Part shown: positions 1 through 10,700 of the stretch, piece after piece
How positions within the stretch are numbered: position 1 is the first letter of the stretch
How the letters are laid out: every line of letters starts with the position of its first letter
Assembly (NCBI GenBank): GCA_964444705.1
Contig: CAYUHX010000001.1
Location: 17,055 to 81,054, forward strand
DNA length: 64,000 nt
Source of the DNA: an uncultured Gammaproteobacteria bacterium
GTDB taxonomy: Bacteria > Patescibacteriota > Patescibacteriia > Magasanikbacterales > GWA2-37-8
Direction of reading: 5' to 3'
Made by a program: the position numbers and the translations under genes
Notes under the pieces: model-generated
What the model was told of the DNA's origin: nothing
Databases searched by the model: none
Seen by the model: the letters and a program-made list of their open reading frames with translations, nothing else

Positions 1-321
1 TCGTCTACTTGCCTCAACGTATTGTTTATACAATTTTAATTGCTCAGCAAGACTAGGGCCTTCGGCGGCTTCATCCGGATAGAGTAATGGCAGAAGTTGC
101 TTTGATTTAAGATAGACCAAACGAGCAGCCACCACTAAAAAATCAGCTAATGCCTCGGGATGTGATTCCTCAAGTGTACTCAAGTGACGCAAATATTGCT
201 CAGTCACCTCCGCCAGCGCAATATCGGTAATGGCTAATTTTTCTTCTTCAATTAATTGCAACAATAGATCCAACGGACCTTCAAAATGGGCGAGTTGTAC
301 GTCCGTGGTCATACGTTGTTA

Positions 322-1728
322 TTATTTTGTTTCAACACGATTCTTAATATGCACTTCAACCAGTGTTTTTTCTGGTAACGGCGTTGGCGCCCCCATCATT
401 AAGTCTCTGGCATCACCCGTTTTTGGAAACGCTATCACCTCACGAATATTGGGCTCGTTGCACATGAGCATGGCAATGCGATCAATGCCTGGAGCAAATC
501 CACCATGTGGTGGCGCACCGAACGTAAAGGCTTCAAGCATGTGCCCAAAACGTTCTTGCTGTTCTTGTTCACTGATTTTTAAAAGATCAAAAATCTTTTT
601 CTGCAATTCGCGCTCGTGAATACGAATGCTGCCGGAAGATAATTCATATCCGTTCAAAACTAAATCATACGCATTAGCGCGGATACTCATTAAATCTTCA
701 CCCTTCATAAATTTCTCGCGATCCTCATCTTTAATTGAACAAAATGGGTGATGCTTGGCCGCGATATTTCCCTCATCATCTTTTTCAAACATCGGAAAAT
801 CCAAAATCCAAGCAAAAGCAAATTCATCCGGATCATTTTTATTCACGCGCAGATCTGGTTTATCCGTACCGTATTTATCCACGCATTCTTGATAGGTCAA
901 ACGCGGGAAAGGTAAGTTGGTAAACTTTTTTTCCGGCGCAACCTGTTTTACAAGTTCAATAAACATCGCTTCGGTATAGGTCAAAATATCTTCTTGGGTC
1001 ACAAACGACATTTCGAAATCGAGCTGCGTGAATTCTGGCTGACGATCACCTCGCTGATCTTCATCACGAAAACAACGAGCGATTTGAAAATAGCGCTCAA
1101 ACCCCGCCACCATCGAAAGCTGTTTAAACTGTTGGGGAGATTGTGGCAACACGTAAAATTTTCCCGCGTGCAAGCGAGAGGGCACAATATATTCACGCGA
1201 TCCTTCGGGAGTACCTTTCATGAGAATCGGCGTTTCAATTTCCACAAAATCATTCCGGTGCATGTACTCACGAAAAAAACCGATGATTTTATCGCGGGTA
1301 CGAATATTTTTTTGCATACGCACACTGCGCAGATCAAGATAACGATACTTCAAGCGCAACTCTTCACTAATTGGTGTCGTATCTTTATCAATTTCAAACG
1401 GCGGCGTTTCAGCGGTGTTTAAGACTTTCAATTCTTTAATCAAAACTTCAATGGTGCCAGTTGGCATGTCGGGATTCTTCTGTTTCTCGCCACGCTCTTT
1501 CACGAGGCCACGAATTTCAATCACCCATTCCGGACGCACGGAAGTTAACTTTTCAAGCGAAGCGGCGTCCAATTCTTGCGGCACGCCCACAAGTTGCACA
1601 ATGCCCGAACGATCACGCAAATCTAAAAACACAATTTTGCCCATATTACGGCGGGCGTTGATCCAACCTTTGAGGACAATTTCTTGGCCAATTTTGGCTG
1701 TCGTTTCTACCGATAAAATGCGTTCCAT
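322..1728 (-). CDS. aspS: aspartyl-tRNA synthetase, short archaeal/eukaryal-type form (468 aa)
   Basis: Class II aaRS motif 2 FRDEDQRGDRQPEFTQLDFEMSF (Asp-specific FRDED) and motif 3 GAPPHGGFAPGIDRIAMLM. N-terminal OB anticodon-binding region. No bacterial-type GAD insertion, so it is about 120 aa shorter than typical bacterial AspRS. Confidence 0.85.
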   Translation of the reverse strand: MERILSVETTAKIGQEIVLKGWINARRNMGKIVFLDLRDRSGIVQLVGVPQELDAASLEKLTSVRPEWVIEIRGLVKERGEKQKNPDMPTGTIEVLIKELKVLNTAETPPFEIDKDTTPISEELRLKYRYLDLRSVRMQKNIRTRDKIIGFFREYMHRNDFVEIETPILMKGTPEGSREYIVPSRLHAGKFYVLPQSPQQFKQLSMVAGFERYFQIARCFRDEDQRGDRQPEFTQLDFEMSFVTQEDILTYTEAMFIELVKQVAPEKKFTNLPFPRLTYQECVDKYGTDKPDLRVNKNDPDEFAFAWILDFPMFEKDDEGNIAAKHHPFCSIKDEDREKFMKGEDLMSIRANAYDLVLNGYELSSGSIRIHERELQKKIFDLLKISEQEQQERFGHMLEAFTFGAPPHGGFAPGIDRIAMLMCNEPNIREVIAFPKTGDARDLMMGAPTPLPEKTLVEVHIKNRVETK

Positions 1729-1805
1729 ATAGCAAATATACCTTGAAAAAATGAATAAAAGGAGGTATTATATTTAGTCTTTCTCTTCAAAAAAAGGAGG
1801 TCGTC

Positions 1806-1949
1806 ATGTGCAGTTACATAGAGGAGCTACCCCCTGGCCACCCAAATGTGATCGGAGAAAAAAATTTTTTGAAGATTATGGGCGGAATAATTTGCGTGCT
1901 GATTATCGCAGTAATTATCTGCGCGGCAATCAGACGTATTTTCCGCTAG
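1806..1949 (+). CDS. small hydrophobic peptide (47 aa) with one predicted TM helix, unannotated
   Basis: Perfect SD AAAGGAGG ends 5 nt before the ATG at 1806. ORF MCSYIEELPPGHPNVIGEKNFLKIMGGIICVLIIAVIICAAIRRIFR. It is followed by a GC hairpin (GCCCCCAcctcgcTGGGGGC, about 1953-1974) and a U-rich tract. Confidence 0.35.
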   Translation: MCSYIEELPPGHPNVIGEKNFLKIMGGIICVLIIAVIICAAIRRIFR

Positions 1950-1982
1950 TTCGCCCCCACCTCGCTGGGGGCTTCTGATTCA

Positions 1983-2978
1983 TTAACCCCCAAATTTTTC
2001 TGCTAGTTCCACCAAGCGATGCGCATACCCATATTCATTATCATACCACGCAACCACTTTCACTAAATTTCCACCAACCACATTTGTCAGCTGCAAATCA
2101 ACAATGGCCGAATAACTATTCCCTCGAAAATCTGAAGACACCAACTCTTCATTCGTTACGGCTAAAATATTTTTTAACGTTTCGCCGCTCGCGGCCGTTG
2201 TGAACGCTTGATTTACCTCTTCAATCGTAACTGGCACTTTAAGCACCGCAGTAATATCTGATAATGACACGCTCGGCACCGGCACCCGAATCGCCAATCC
2301 GTCAAATTTATTTTTAAGACTCGGCACAGCTTCGGTGGTGGCGATCGCCGCCCCCGTTGTCGTGGGCACAATATTTTCCGCTGCCGCACGCGCTCGGCGC
2401 AGGTCTTTGTGTGGACCATCTTGCAAATTTTGATCAGCAGTATACCCATGCACTGTTGTCATCATTGCTTTTTCAATGCCAAAATTCTTCTCGAGCACCA
2501 ACATGACGGGGGAAATACAATTGGTGGTACAAGAGGCATTATTAATCACAAGACAACTCTCGGTCGTGACACCCTCAGAATTAACTCCCATTACATAGGT
2601 GGGTACACCACCTTTTGCCGGCGCGCTGACAATGACTTTTTTAGCACCCGCTTTCAAATGCAATTCAGCTCCAGCCTTATCAGTAAACCGACCAGTACAT
2701 TCAAGCACCACATCAACACTCAATGCTTTCCATGGTAAGAGACTCGGATCTTTTTCAGCCGACACTGGAATCGCCTGACCATCAACAATAATATTTTTAG
2801 CATCAAAAGTTACGTTACGATCATATTTTCCATAGGCGGTATCATGCACCAATAAATGGGCGAGTGTTTTGGTATCAGTTAAATCATTAATACCCACAAT
2901 TGAAATATTTTGACGACCAAAAGCAGCCCTAAATGCTTGGCGGCCAATGCGACCGAAACCATTGATAGCAATATGCAT
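1983..2978 (-). CDS. gap: glyceraldehyde-3-phosphate dehydrogenase
   Basis: N-terminal NAD-binding INGFGRIGR and active-site SCTTNC motif. Typical length of 331 aa. Confidence 0.9.
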   Translation of the reverse strand: MHIAINGFGRIGRQAFRAAFGRQNISIVGINDLTDTKTLAHLLVHDTAYGKYDRNVTFDAKNIIVDGQAIPVSAEKDPSLLPWKALSVDVVLECTGRFTDKAGAELHLKAGAKKVIVSAPAKGGVPTYVMGVNSEGVTTESCLVINNASCTTNCISPVMLVLEKNFGIEKAMMTTVHGYTADQNLQDGPHKDLRRARAAAENIVPTTTGAAIATTEAVPSLKNKFDGLAIRVPVPSVSLSDITAVLKVPVTIEEVNQAFTTAASGETLKNILAVTNEELVSSDFRGNSYSAIVDLQLTNVVGGNLVKVVAWYDNEYGYAHRLVELAEKFGG

Positions 2979-2984
2979 ATAAAA

Positions 2985-3482
2985 TTATAAAAATAAATCT
3001 CGTTCCTTAATTTCATCTATCAGTGCGACATAGAATCCTGGGTTTTTTTGCCACGCTTCATAATCAGAATTCGTCACCAAGAATTTTAAATCAGTAGGAC
3101 TATACTCTTTCGTATTTCGAAACAACTCCCTCTGCACCTTATAGGTTTCACCTTTCCGTGCCCCGGACCCGTAATAGCGTGCAAAATCTTCTAACTCTTG
3201 TACCTGCGACAAAATCTCTATTGAACGGTCGACTGAATCTAACTCAGCCAAGAAAGCTTGATTCGACCCACTTTCCTCTCGAGAACTACTCGCATTATCT
3301 TTTCTTCTTGATCTAGAACTAATCGGAATAATATCAGCCAATGGCGCTGATGATTCATTGCCCGCAACCTCCGCTACGTTCTGACTTGTAAGCATTTGTT
3401 CTCTTTCACCCTGAGGATTTTTAGGAAAAAGATGGATTACTTCACCCATAGCATTATTTAATACACTCTCAAAAATAGACAC
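2985..3482 (-). CDS. hypothetical protein (165 aa); start may be the internal Met at 3449
   Basis: Open frame only. It overlaps the downstream gene by 25 nt if the first ATG is used. No recognizable motif. Confidence 0.4.
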   Translation of the reverse strand: MSIFESVLNNAMGEVIHLFPKNPQGEREQMLTSQNVAEVAGNESSAPLADIIPISSRSRRKDNASSSREESGSNQAFLAELDSVDRSIEILSQVQELEDFARYYGSGARKGETYKVQRELFRNTKEYSPTDLKFLVTNSDYEAWQKNPGFYVALIDEIKERDLFL

Positions 3483-4642
3483 TTTAAATATTCCCCTTCC
3501 GTAAAAGCGACCATCTCCGGATGATCAATGCCGTGTGTATACGTTTCCAAAATTTGCACACTCCGACCCGCTCGCGCCGCTGCTTCACTCAGCATAAATC
3601 GAAAATCAGTCAGACTCACATGCGCCGAACATGATGCACTTACCAAAATACCCCCCGGCGGCAAAAGGTGGAGCGCACGTTCATTAATTTTTCGATAGCC
3701 CTGCAACCCTTCTTTCACTTTATGCCGATCTTTCACAAAGGCTGGCGGATCAAGAATAATCACATCAAATTCACCCACCGCTCGGTCAGCTAAATACTCT
3801 TTCACATCTGCAGCAACACACTCAGATTTTTTTTCCGGAAGCTTATTAAGCGCGATATTCTTTTCCGCAATTTCAAGCGCCGGCACTGACGCATCAACAC
3901 TCGTCACCTGACTCGCACCGGCAGCCAGGGCATAGACGCTAAATCCACCCGTGTATGAAAAACAATTTAATACTTTTTTATCTTTAACATATTTTGTGAG
4001 CGCGTGTCGTTTATCACGCTGATCAAGAAAAAATCCTGTCTTCTGACCACTTTTTATCTGCACAATAAAATGATGTCCATTTTCTAAAATACTAATTTCG
4101 TCTGGTACTTCACCATACAGGACACCTATCGTAGTCTCGCCTTCAGACGTGTTGTTTTTACGCTCACGCACATCGGAGCGTTCAAAAATGCCTTTTGGCT
4201 TCACCTCAGCCGTGAGCGCGGCCACAATTTCTTCTTTCCAGCGGGCAATGCCCGCAGTATGACACTGTACTACTAAATAGTCTGCATAACGATCAACGAT
4301 TAAACCAGGTAATAAATCATTCTCCGCATTAATAAGACGATAGGCATTGGTTGTAACATTCGCGACAAAAAGCTCACGAGTCTGAAGTGCTGCACGAACG
4401 CGCACACGAAAAAACATCGCATCAATCGGTTCTTCTTTCACAAAACCCCACAACCGCACCGCAATTTGAGAATAGGAATTAAAATATCCTTGCGCCAAAA
4501 AATTACCAGCTGGGTCGATCAGACTCACAGGATCGCCACTTTTTAATCCTTCGGGGATATGAGTCAACGCCCCGGAAAAAACCCAGGGATGACGACCCCG
4601 CAACGGACCAACGCGCTCTTTTCTAACACTCAAAATGACCAT
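3458..4642 (-). CDS. class I SAM-dependent rRNA (cytosine-C5) methyltransferase, RlmI/RlmK-like with N-terminal PUA-like region
   Basis: C-terminal Rossmann MTase segment VIILDPPAFVKDRHKVKEGLQGYRKINERALHLLPPGGILVSASCS. About 390 aa, typical of RlmI. Confidence 0.75.
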   Translation of the reverse strand: MVILSVRKERVGPLRGRHPWVFSGALTHIPEGLKSGDPVSLIDPAGNFLAQGYFNSYSQIAVRLWGFVKEEPIDAMFFRVRVRAALQTRELFVANVTTNAYRLINAENDLLPGLIVDRYADYLVVQCHTAGIARWKEEIVAALTAEVKPKGIFERSDVRERKNNTSEGETTIGVLYGEVPDEISILENGHHFIVQIKSGQKTGFFLDQRDKRHALTKYVKDKKVLNCFSYTGGFSVYALAAGASQVTSVDASVPALEIAEKNIALNKLPEKKSECVAADVKEYLADRAVGEFDVIILDPPAFVKDRHKVKEGLQGYRKINERALHLLPPGGILVSASCSAHVSLTDFRFMLSEAAARAGRSVQILETYTHGIDHPEMVAFTEGEYLKCLFLRVY

Positions 4643-4728
4643 ACACCAAAGTTACGAATATTTACTGCATTCTAGCAAACAAAAACCCGCCTTTCAATAG
4701 CGAAAGGCGGGTTGTGTTATTTTGGCTT

Positions 4729-7700
4729 CTACATGCCCAAGGCAGCCCTGGTCACCGAACCAACCTGGCCATTGACGGGTGTAATTTTATTTTTCTTTTG
4801 AAAGGCTTGGACAGCTTTTGTAGTAGCCGGACCAAAAATTCCGTTAATAGTGGTTGTTTTTGGGAAAAACCCAAGCTCTTGCAATTTCTTTTGCAGAATC
4901 ATTATTTCTTCTCCTTTCATCCCTGATTTAAGAATGCTTGGAGTCTTTTTTGGTGTCGGCGCAACCTCAACCACGAAATCAAATGAATTCTCATCGAGCA
5001 TCTCGCCAGTCGCTTTATCAGATATCTCTACGCGCATAGAGTACACTCCGTTTGGGATATTTTTCTTAAGCGCCTGTTGAATTGAGAAGTCAGCTCGCTT
5101 GCCTTTTTTAAGCTCTTTTTGAAGAGAACTATCGACAATAACGACACCATTCTGATCAATAAGCTGGCGATGAATTACTAACTTTTGAGTTTTAGCGGTT
5201 GAATTTTTATAATTGTATTTAAACGAAAGCGTCGTCCCTGGTCGTACCAATTTACCTGTTTTTGGTAATCCAGAAAAAATAATTGCCGAAGTTTCGTTGG
5301 TTGGCCTGAAAGATCGCAGAACCAAAGATTCATCTACAGATGGAACCACGGCCGTTTGGACAGTCTTAATTGGAACCATCGGCACAGTAGTCACAGTACT
5401 TGTCATTAAACTTGTACTGGTAGAAATTGCCACTGCAGTAGACGAACTGGCAATGGTGGTAGTCACAGTGGTCACAACATTAACCATAGATCCACCACCT
5501 CCGCTTCCACCACTTGATCCACCACTACCACCCGATCCTCCAGAACCACCATCACCACTACCCGATGAAGGGGTGTAGGCAATCACGAAGTCGGTAAAGT
5601 GATTGACCAAACCGGTAATGGTGTTATTCGTCGCATCGATAGTAAACCCGCCTTCAACCGGCACATACGCACCCGTTTCTGGAGATAAATACATCAGTTT
5701 TAAATCACTTTCAGCTACTCCCGAAGGAACTTGCGCCACCAAGTCACTATAACTAAGCTGCACTTCCGCATTACCATTCAAACTTTTGATCGTCGAATCC
5801 CCCGTAGCAGAAATTTTAAATGAAGCATTTCCGAGCGGAGTGAATCCTTCGGTTTTAGGAGCAGTATAATTTTTCTCGAGAGAAATGGTGACGTTACCAG
5901 AACCTGTCTCTAATACTCCCGAACCAGCTGTAAGCTTAATACCACTCGCCCCACTATCATTGACCGAACCACCAGAACTTGCGTCTACCACCCCACTCGT
6001 TGAGGTTGGTATTTTGGAGCTGTCACTGGTTAAATTAAAGTTATTGCCTGTGGAATTAGCACTCGTGATCACCACGGTGCCTGATTTTGCAGTTTGAGCA
6101 TGCTTAGGGCCAACGCCAGTGAGCGTCCAGGTGCCTGTCGTTACCGGAATTGAATAACTACCATCCGCAGGATTGATCGCTCCCGTGACAATTAAGCCGG
6201 CCGTATTTTCAGCCCACACATACCCGCTCGATAACGCCACTCCGTTTGAATCTCTAAGTACACCTTCAATCGTTTTGCCGGCTGTCTGTAAGGCCGCCTG
6301 ATCAGGGTCAGAGCCACCAAAATCGTACGCGTTAGTATTAGTACTAAATGAAACCAATTTTACCGTTTCACCAGGCACATACCCAGCCAAACTAGCACCA
6401 ACCTGATAGGTGCCTGCTTTCATATTCACGCTATAGGTACCGCTCGCATTAGTAACACCAGTTTCTATCACTCCCGTTGAAGTATTGGTAAAAGTAACCA
6501 CCGTTCCTGATAAAACAGCACCAGTATCATCTTTAATGGTTCCTGTAACGGTGATAAACCCGTTAGCTTGGAGCCCCAGGTTAATTGTCGCTGTTGCGCC
6601 CGATGCTACAGCGCCATTGAATCTACCCACACCAAATACGTCGACGAAATAATTATACGTCGCACCATTTTCAGTAGTAATTACCAAACTAGAATTAAGG
6701 CCATCTTTTTGGGTACGAATCACTTTGGTAGCGTCGGTCGCATTGCGGAGTTCCACCATGGTTTGCATGGCAGCGGTACCTCCGGTAAACACAAAGGTAA
6801 CGGTGCTAGTGGCAGTAACCGACACATTTTGTGTGGTATCTGCGCTTGATACTACTTTAGTAGCACTAAGTTCACCATATGTTGGACTCCATGTTCCCAC
6901 ACGGTACGTTTTACTTCCCTCCACTTTCATGGAATAAGCTCCGCTACTATCGGTTGAACCACCTTTGCGGATACCACCTGGAACCGGCGCATTACTACCA
7001 CTATTCCATTCCTCAAGGAAAATTGGTACATTTGCGAGCCCGGAACCACCAACACTCACCGTGCCACTTAAAGTATAACAAGTGCTTACGGAAGGACTAA
7101 TATTTTGGCTCGATTTACTTTCCGTACTCACCGTAACGGTAAGTGAGAAAGAACCACACGCATCACTTTTATCTGGTGGTAGCTGACTTTGCACATTCCA
7201 AGTGCCAGCATCCACAAACACACTATAACTACCATCTGAACCGCTCTTACCCGGAATCGATTCACCAGTAGACGCATTTACCGCAAACACCGGTGCATAC
7301 GCAATACCATTACCACTCGCATCAAGCACTTTACCAGAAATAGTATACGAAGATTTTTTAATACTGATCAGCAAAGGATTGGCATTGGTAATTTGTTTGC
7401 CCAGATAATAAATATCTGGATCGCTGCCCGCATCAGCACCGTCTGGTTTAATCTCTAGCTGTTTAAATGTCGGTGGTAAACCATCTTTCATTACACCAAT
7501 TTCATAGGACCCATAATCGCCAACCGCTAAACTAAATGTTCCTGATGCATTAGTTGAACCAAATGCGGGAGCGCCAAAACCCTGTCGATGCATGAATACT
7601 TCCATGTTACTAAGACCATTTTGAGAACCATCGACCACCTTACCGGTCACCGTCTTGTCCGCAGTCACAAAGGTGAAGGTTACAGTGTCAGTGCCATCAT

Positions 7701-10700
7701 TAAAAGCAACTCCCGGTGGCATTACGCCTCCAGCAGCAGTTACCGCCGGCGTATCGCCACCAATACCACTTACCACTAACTGAACTTGCGCAGGTGGCAT
7801 GCCTGGCAACGAAGTTGGTTTTGCACCAGTGCCATTTGATCCCTTTGGCATAGAAGGACCAACACCAAGTGACCACTGCCCATTGGCCGGTAATTTTACC
7901 GTATAACCATTCGCATCAGGAGTCGTAACCCCAGTTAATGTTTTAACCACAAACCGTCCAGGGCCACTGGCAAAAATATCTATATCACTACCACCAAAAT
8001 TTGAAATTCCGGCAAATTTAACAGTGGTGGTCACGGAAGCACCATTGGCACTCGCCGAGGTAAGTACGATATTTTTTGTTGAGGTGGTATTGCCGTTGAC
8101 ACAAATCGGCTCCGGACTCATCTGGCCAAAATAATCAGTACTACCCAAGGTAACAAACGGATCAGTATTCACAAAGTAACACCCGCTCGCAAGACCCGAA
8201 AGGCGTACCGTTGTTGCCGCACTCCCATCAACTTGCGAAATAATACCCGAAGCTAAAGTCACTCGCTTATTAATAGGGCCTGCGGGGCCGCCACCAAACA
8301 AATTCACCGTTCCGGCTACGTTATCGGGACTCCCCGAGCTGCCAGCATACAAATTAACCACAATCGTGTTTGTGCCTGCTGCCTGAATGAAATAGGGCAT
8401 GCTGGTTTTATTCACAATCGTCGTACTGCTTCGCACAATTTTTATTCCCACGGTATAACCACCGGTAGATGGATCTTTAGGAACAGCTGGGTTGATAATT
8501 TTTTTAAGATCTAAGGTATAGTTATCGCCTGACCCTGGAGTGCCCGATACCCCCAGCGTCACCGTTACTTTTTGCGTGGCACTATCTGCAACAAGCGTTG
8601 TTCCGGTTACGGTTCCGCTACCAAATTGATTTAGGTCTTTAACAAAAGGTGAATTACTATCAAGGGCTGCATTAGTAACGTCAGTGCCGTTCGGGAATGT
8701 GACGACTACCTGATCACCATTTTGAATAGCAATTCCAGGATTAAATCGCACTTGAAACACATTTGAATCTTGGCCAGCCATCTGCGAGAAAGGAAATGCC
8801 GTATCAGCCTGACCAAGCGCAAATTGCTCTGGAGTGAAGGTGCCAAACCCTTGAGGTTTAAACTGTTCACCCACGCCGCCCGCACCGGCTACCGGCGGAC
8901 CAAACATACCCTGGTCGCCAAAACCACCATACGTTTGCGTACTGTCTTCAACCTTACCGCTCGCAGAAACATTACCAAGATTGTTAGCTGACAAATCTTT
9001 AAGTCCACTCAGTGACAAAGAATACGTACCCCCTTTGGTGAGCGCCAGACCTTTAATCACAAGCGCGTTGCGCGGAAAATCATACGAAATAGCTGTAGAA
9101 GTGACCACTAAATCCGGTCCCGAATTTTGGGTAAGGGTAATATTTACATGGTTAAGCACACTGCTTGTCCAATTCGGATCAACCTGTGTGTCGTTATTCA
9201 TTGGCTCATTAAACACTACATTGCAGGTAAAATCATCACAGCGCGACTCTACTAAAGCTGGGGCGGTCGTATCACTAGCACCAGTAGTATAGGTAAGAGT
9301 AGTGGTAGCAAGTGCATTGCCCGGCAAATCGGTCACGGCAGGAGCAAACGTGATGGTGTACACCGTGCTCGGGGTGAGCACACGTGACGGCGCAAGAAGC
9401 ACACTGTTTTTGCCCGCATCATACTTCACCTGAATACCAACCGCCGTACTTCCCCGACTCATGGTGATATTCGTGGTGTTAATGGTATTAAAATTTAATG
9501 GTTCACTAAAACCAAACTCAAACACTTTACTTACCGATACACCCGTGGCATTGCTCGCCAAAAGTGGGTAAAGCACCGGTGGTGTTACATCGTTTGATCC
9601 CGAGACTTTGAAAAAAGAAGTAAACGACACCTGAGCCAATTCAGCGCTAGGGCGCATAGTGATACCACTCGTGGTACCCACCGCGCCTTTTACTCTTACT
9701 TCATACTCATGCCCAGCGGTGAGGGCGCTGCTTGGCGCGAGCGACACAAACCGTTTTTCAGTAGAGTCAAGACTGACCGTGCTTAACGAAACTTGACCAT
9801 TCGTAGTTTTGTCAAAAAGAACAATGTTTGTAGAATTAACCGTGGTTGAATCAAGCGCTTGGTTAAACTCCAAGGTTATTTTCGCGTTTGGCGCTACGCT
9901 TACTCCTGGACCAGGATTCATTGATTTGACAAACGGCGGCATGAATTGCCCGCTTGATCCCAACGTAAATGAACCAGAATCAAACGTGCCTCGATTGGTG
10001 GTAAACGAAATTTTGTGCCCGCCACCAGACCGATTTCCTTGAATTGACTGGCCGCCTTGACTAGTAACTCCTTCGGTAATTACCAAAGTATAAAAAGTAT
10101 TGGTGGCTAAATTACTGGTTGGGTTAAACAAAATTACATTAGAATCACCGGCAAAAAGTGCTGAACAACCAGGGGAACTACTGTTTTCACAATAAGTAAC
10201 CGAACCCGCTACTTTTGTTGTTCCTCCATCGGGGGTCAAATACACGCTCGTACTCGCGTCTGTCGGGTCAGTATCGTTGATTGAGCTTGCGGCCATTGTT
10301 TGCGATAAGCCGACTCTAATTTTTTCACCCACCGCCACATCGGTTGCTGCATCTGGTGGGCCAGAAAAAACCACCATGGGCGCACCGCCCCCTGCCGCAC
10401 CACCACCGACGACAAAACTACAATTGCCTGGGTTTAAAGAAAAATTAATACCACTAAGGTTGACACTTCCAAGCACTTCTCCAAATCGAGTATTTTCACA
10501 AAAATTATTTTTAAAAGCCGTGACATCTAGTGTCAAATTAGCAGGATAGGAGGTTAAAGAATAATTACCACTACCATCGGTGGTTACTGAAGGCTTGGCA
10601 ATACCTCCCGCAAATACCCGCGCACCAGACAAAGCGGCCCCGCCCGAAATAACCGTACCAGAAATAGATCTACCAAACGCCGTACGTACCGTTACTACAA

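Noticed and set aside
5213-5578. 121-aa + strand ORF with Pro-rich tail antisense to the giant protein gene
   Set aside because: It is an antisense shadow of the Gly/Ser-linker coding region (GGx codons reading as CCx = Pro on the other strand).
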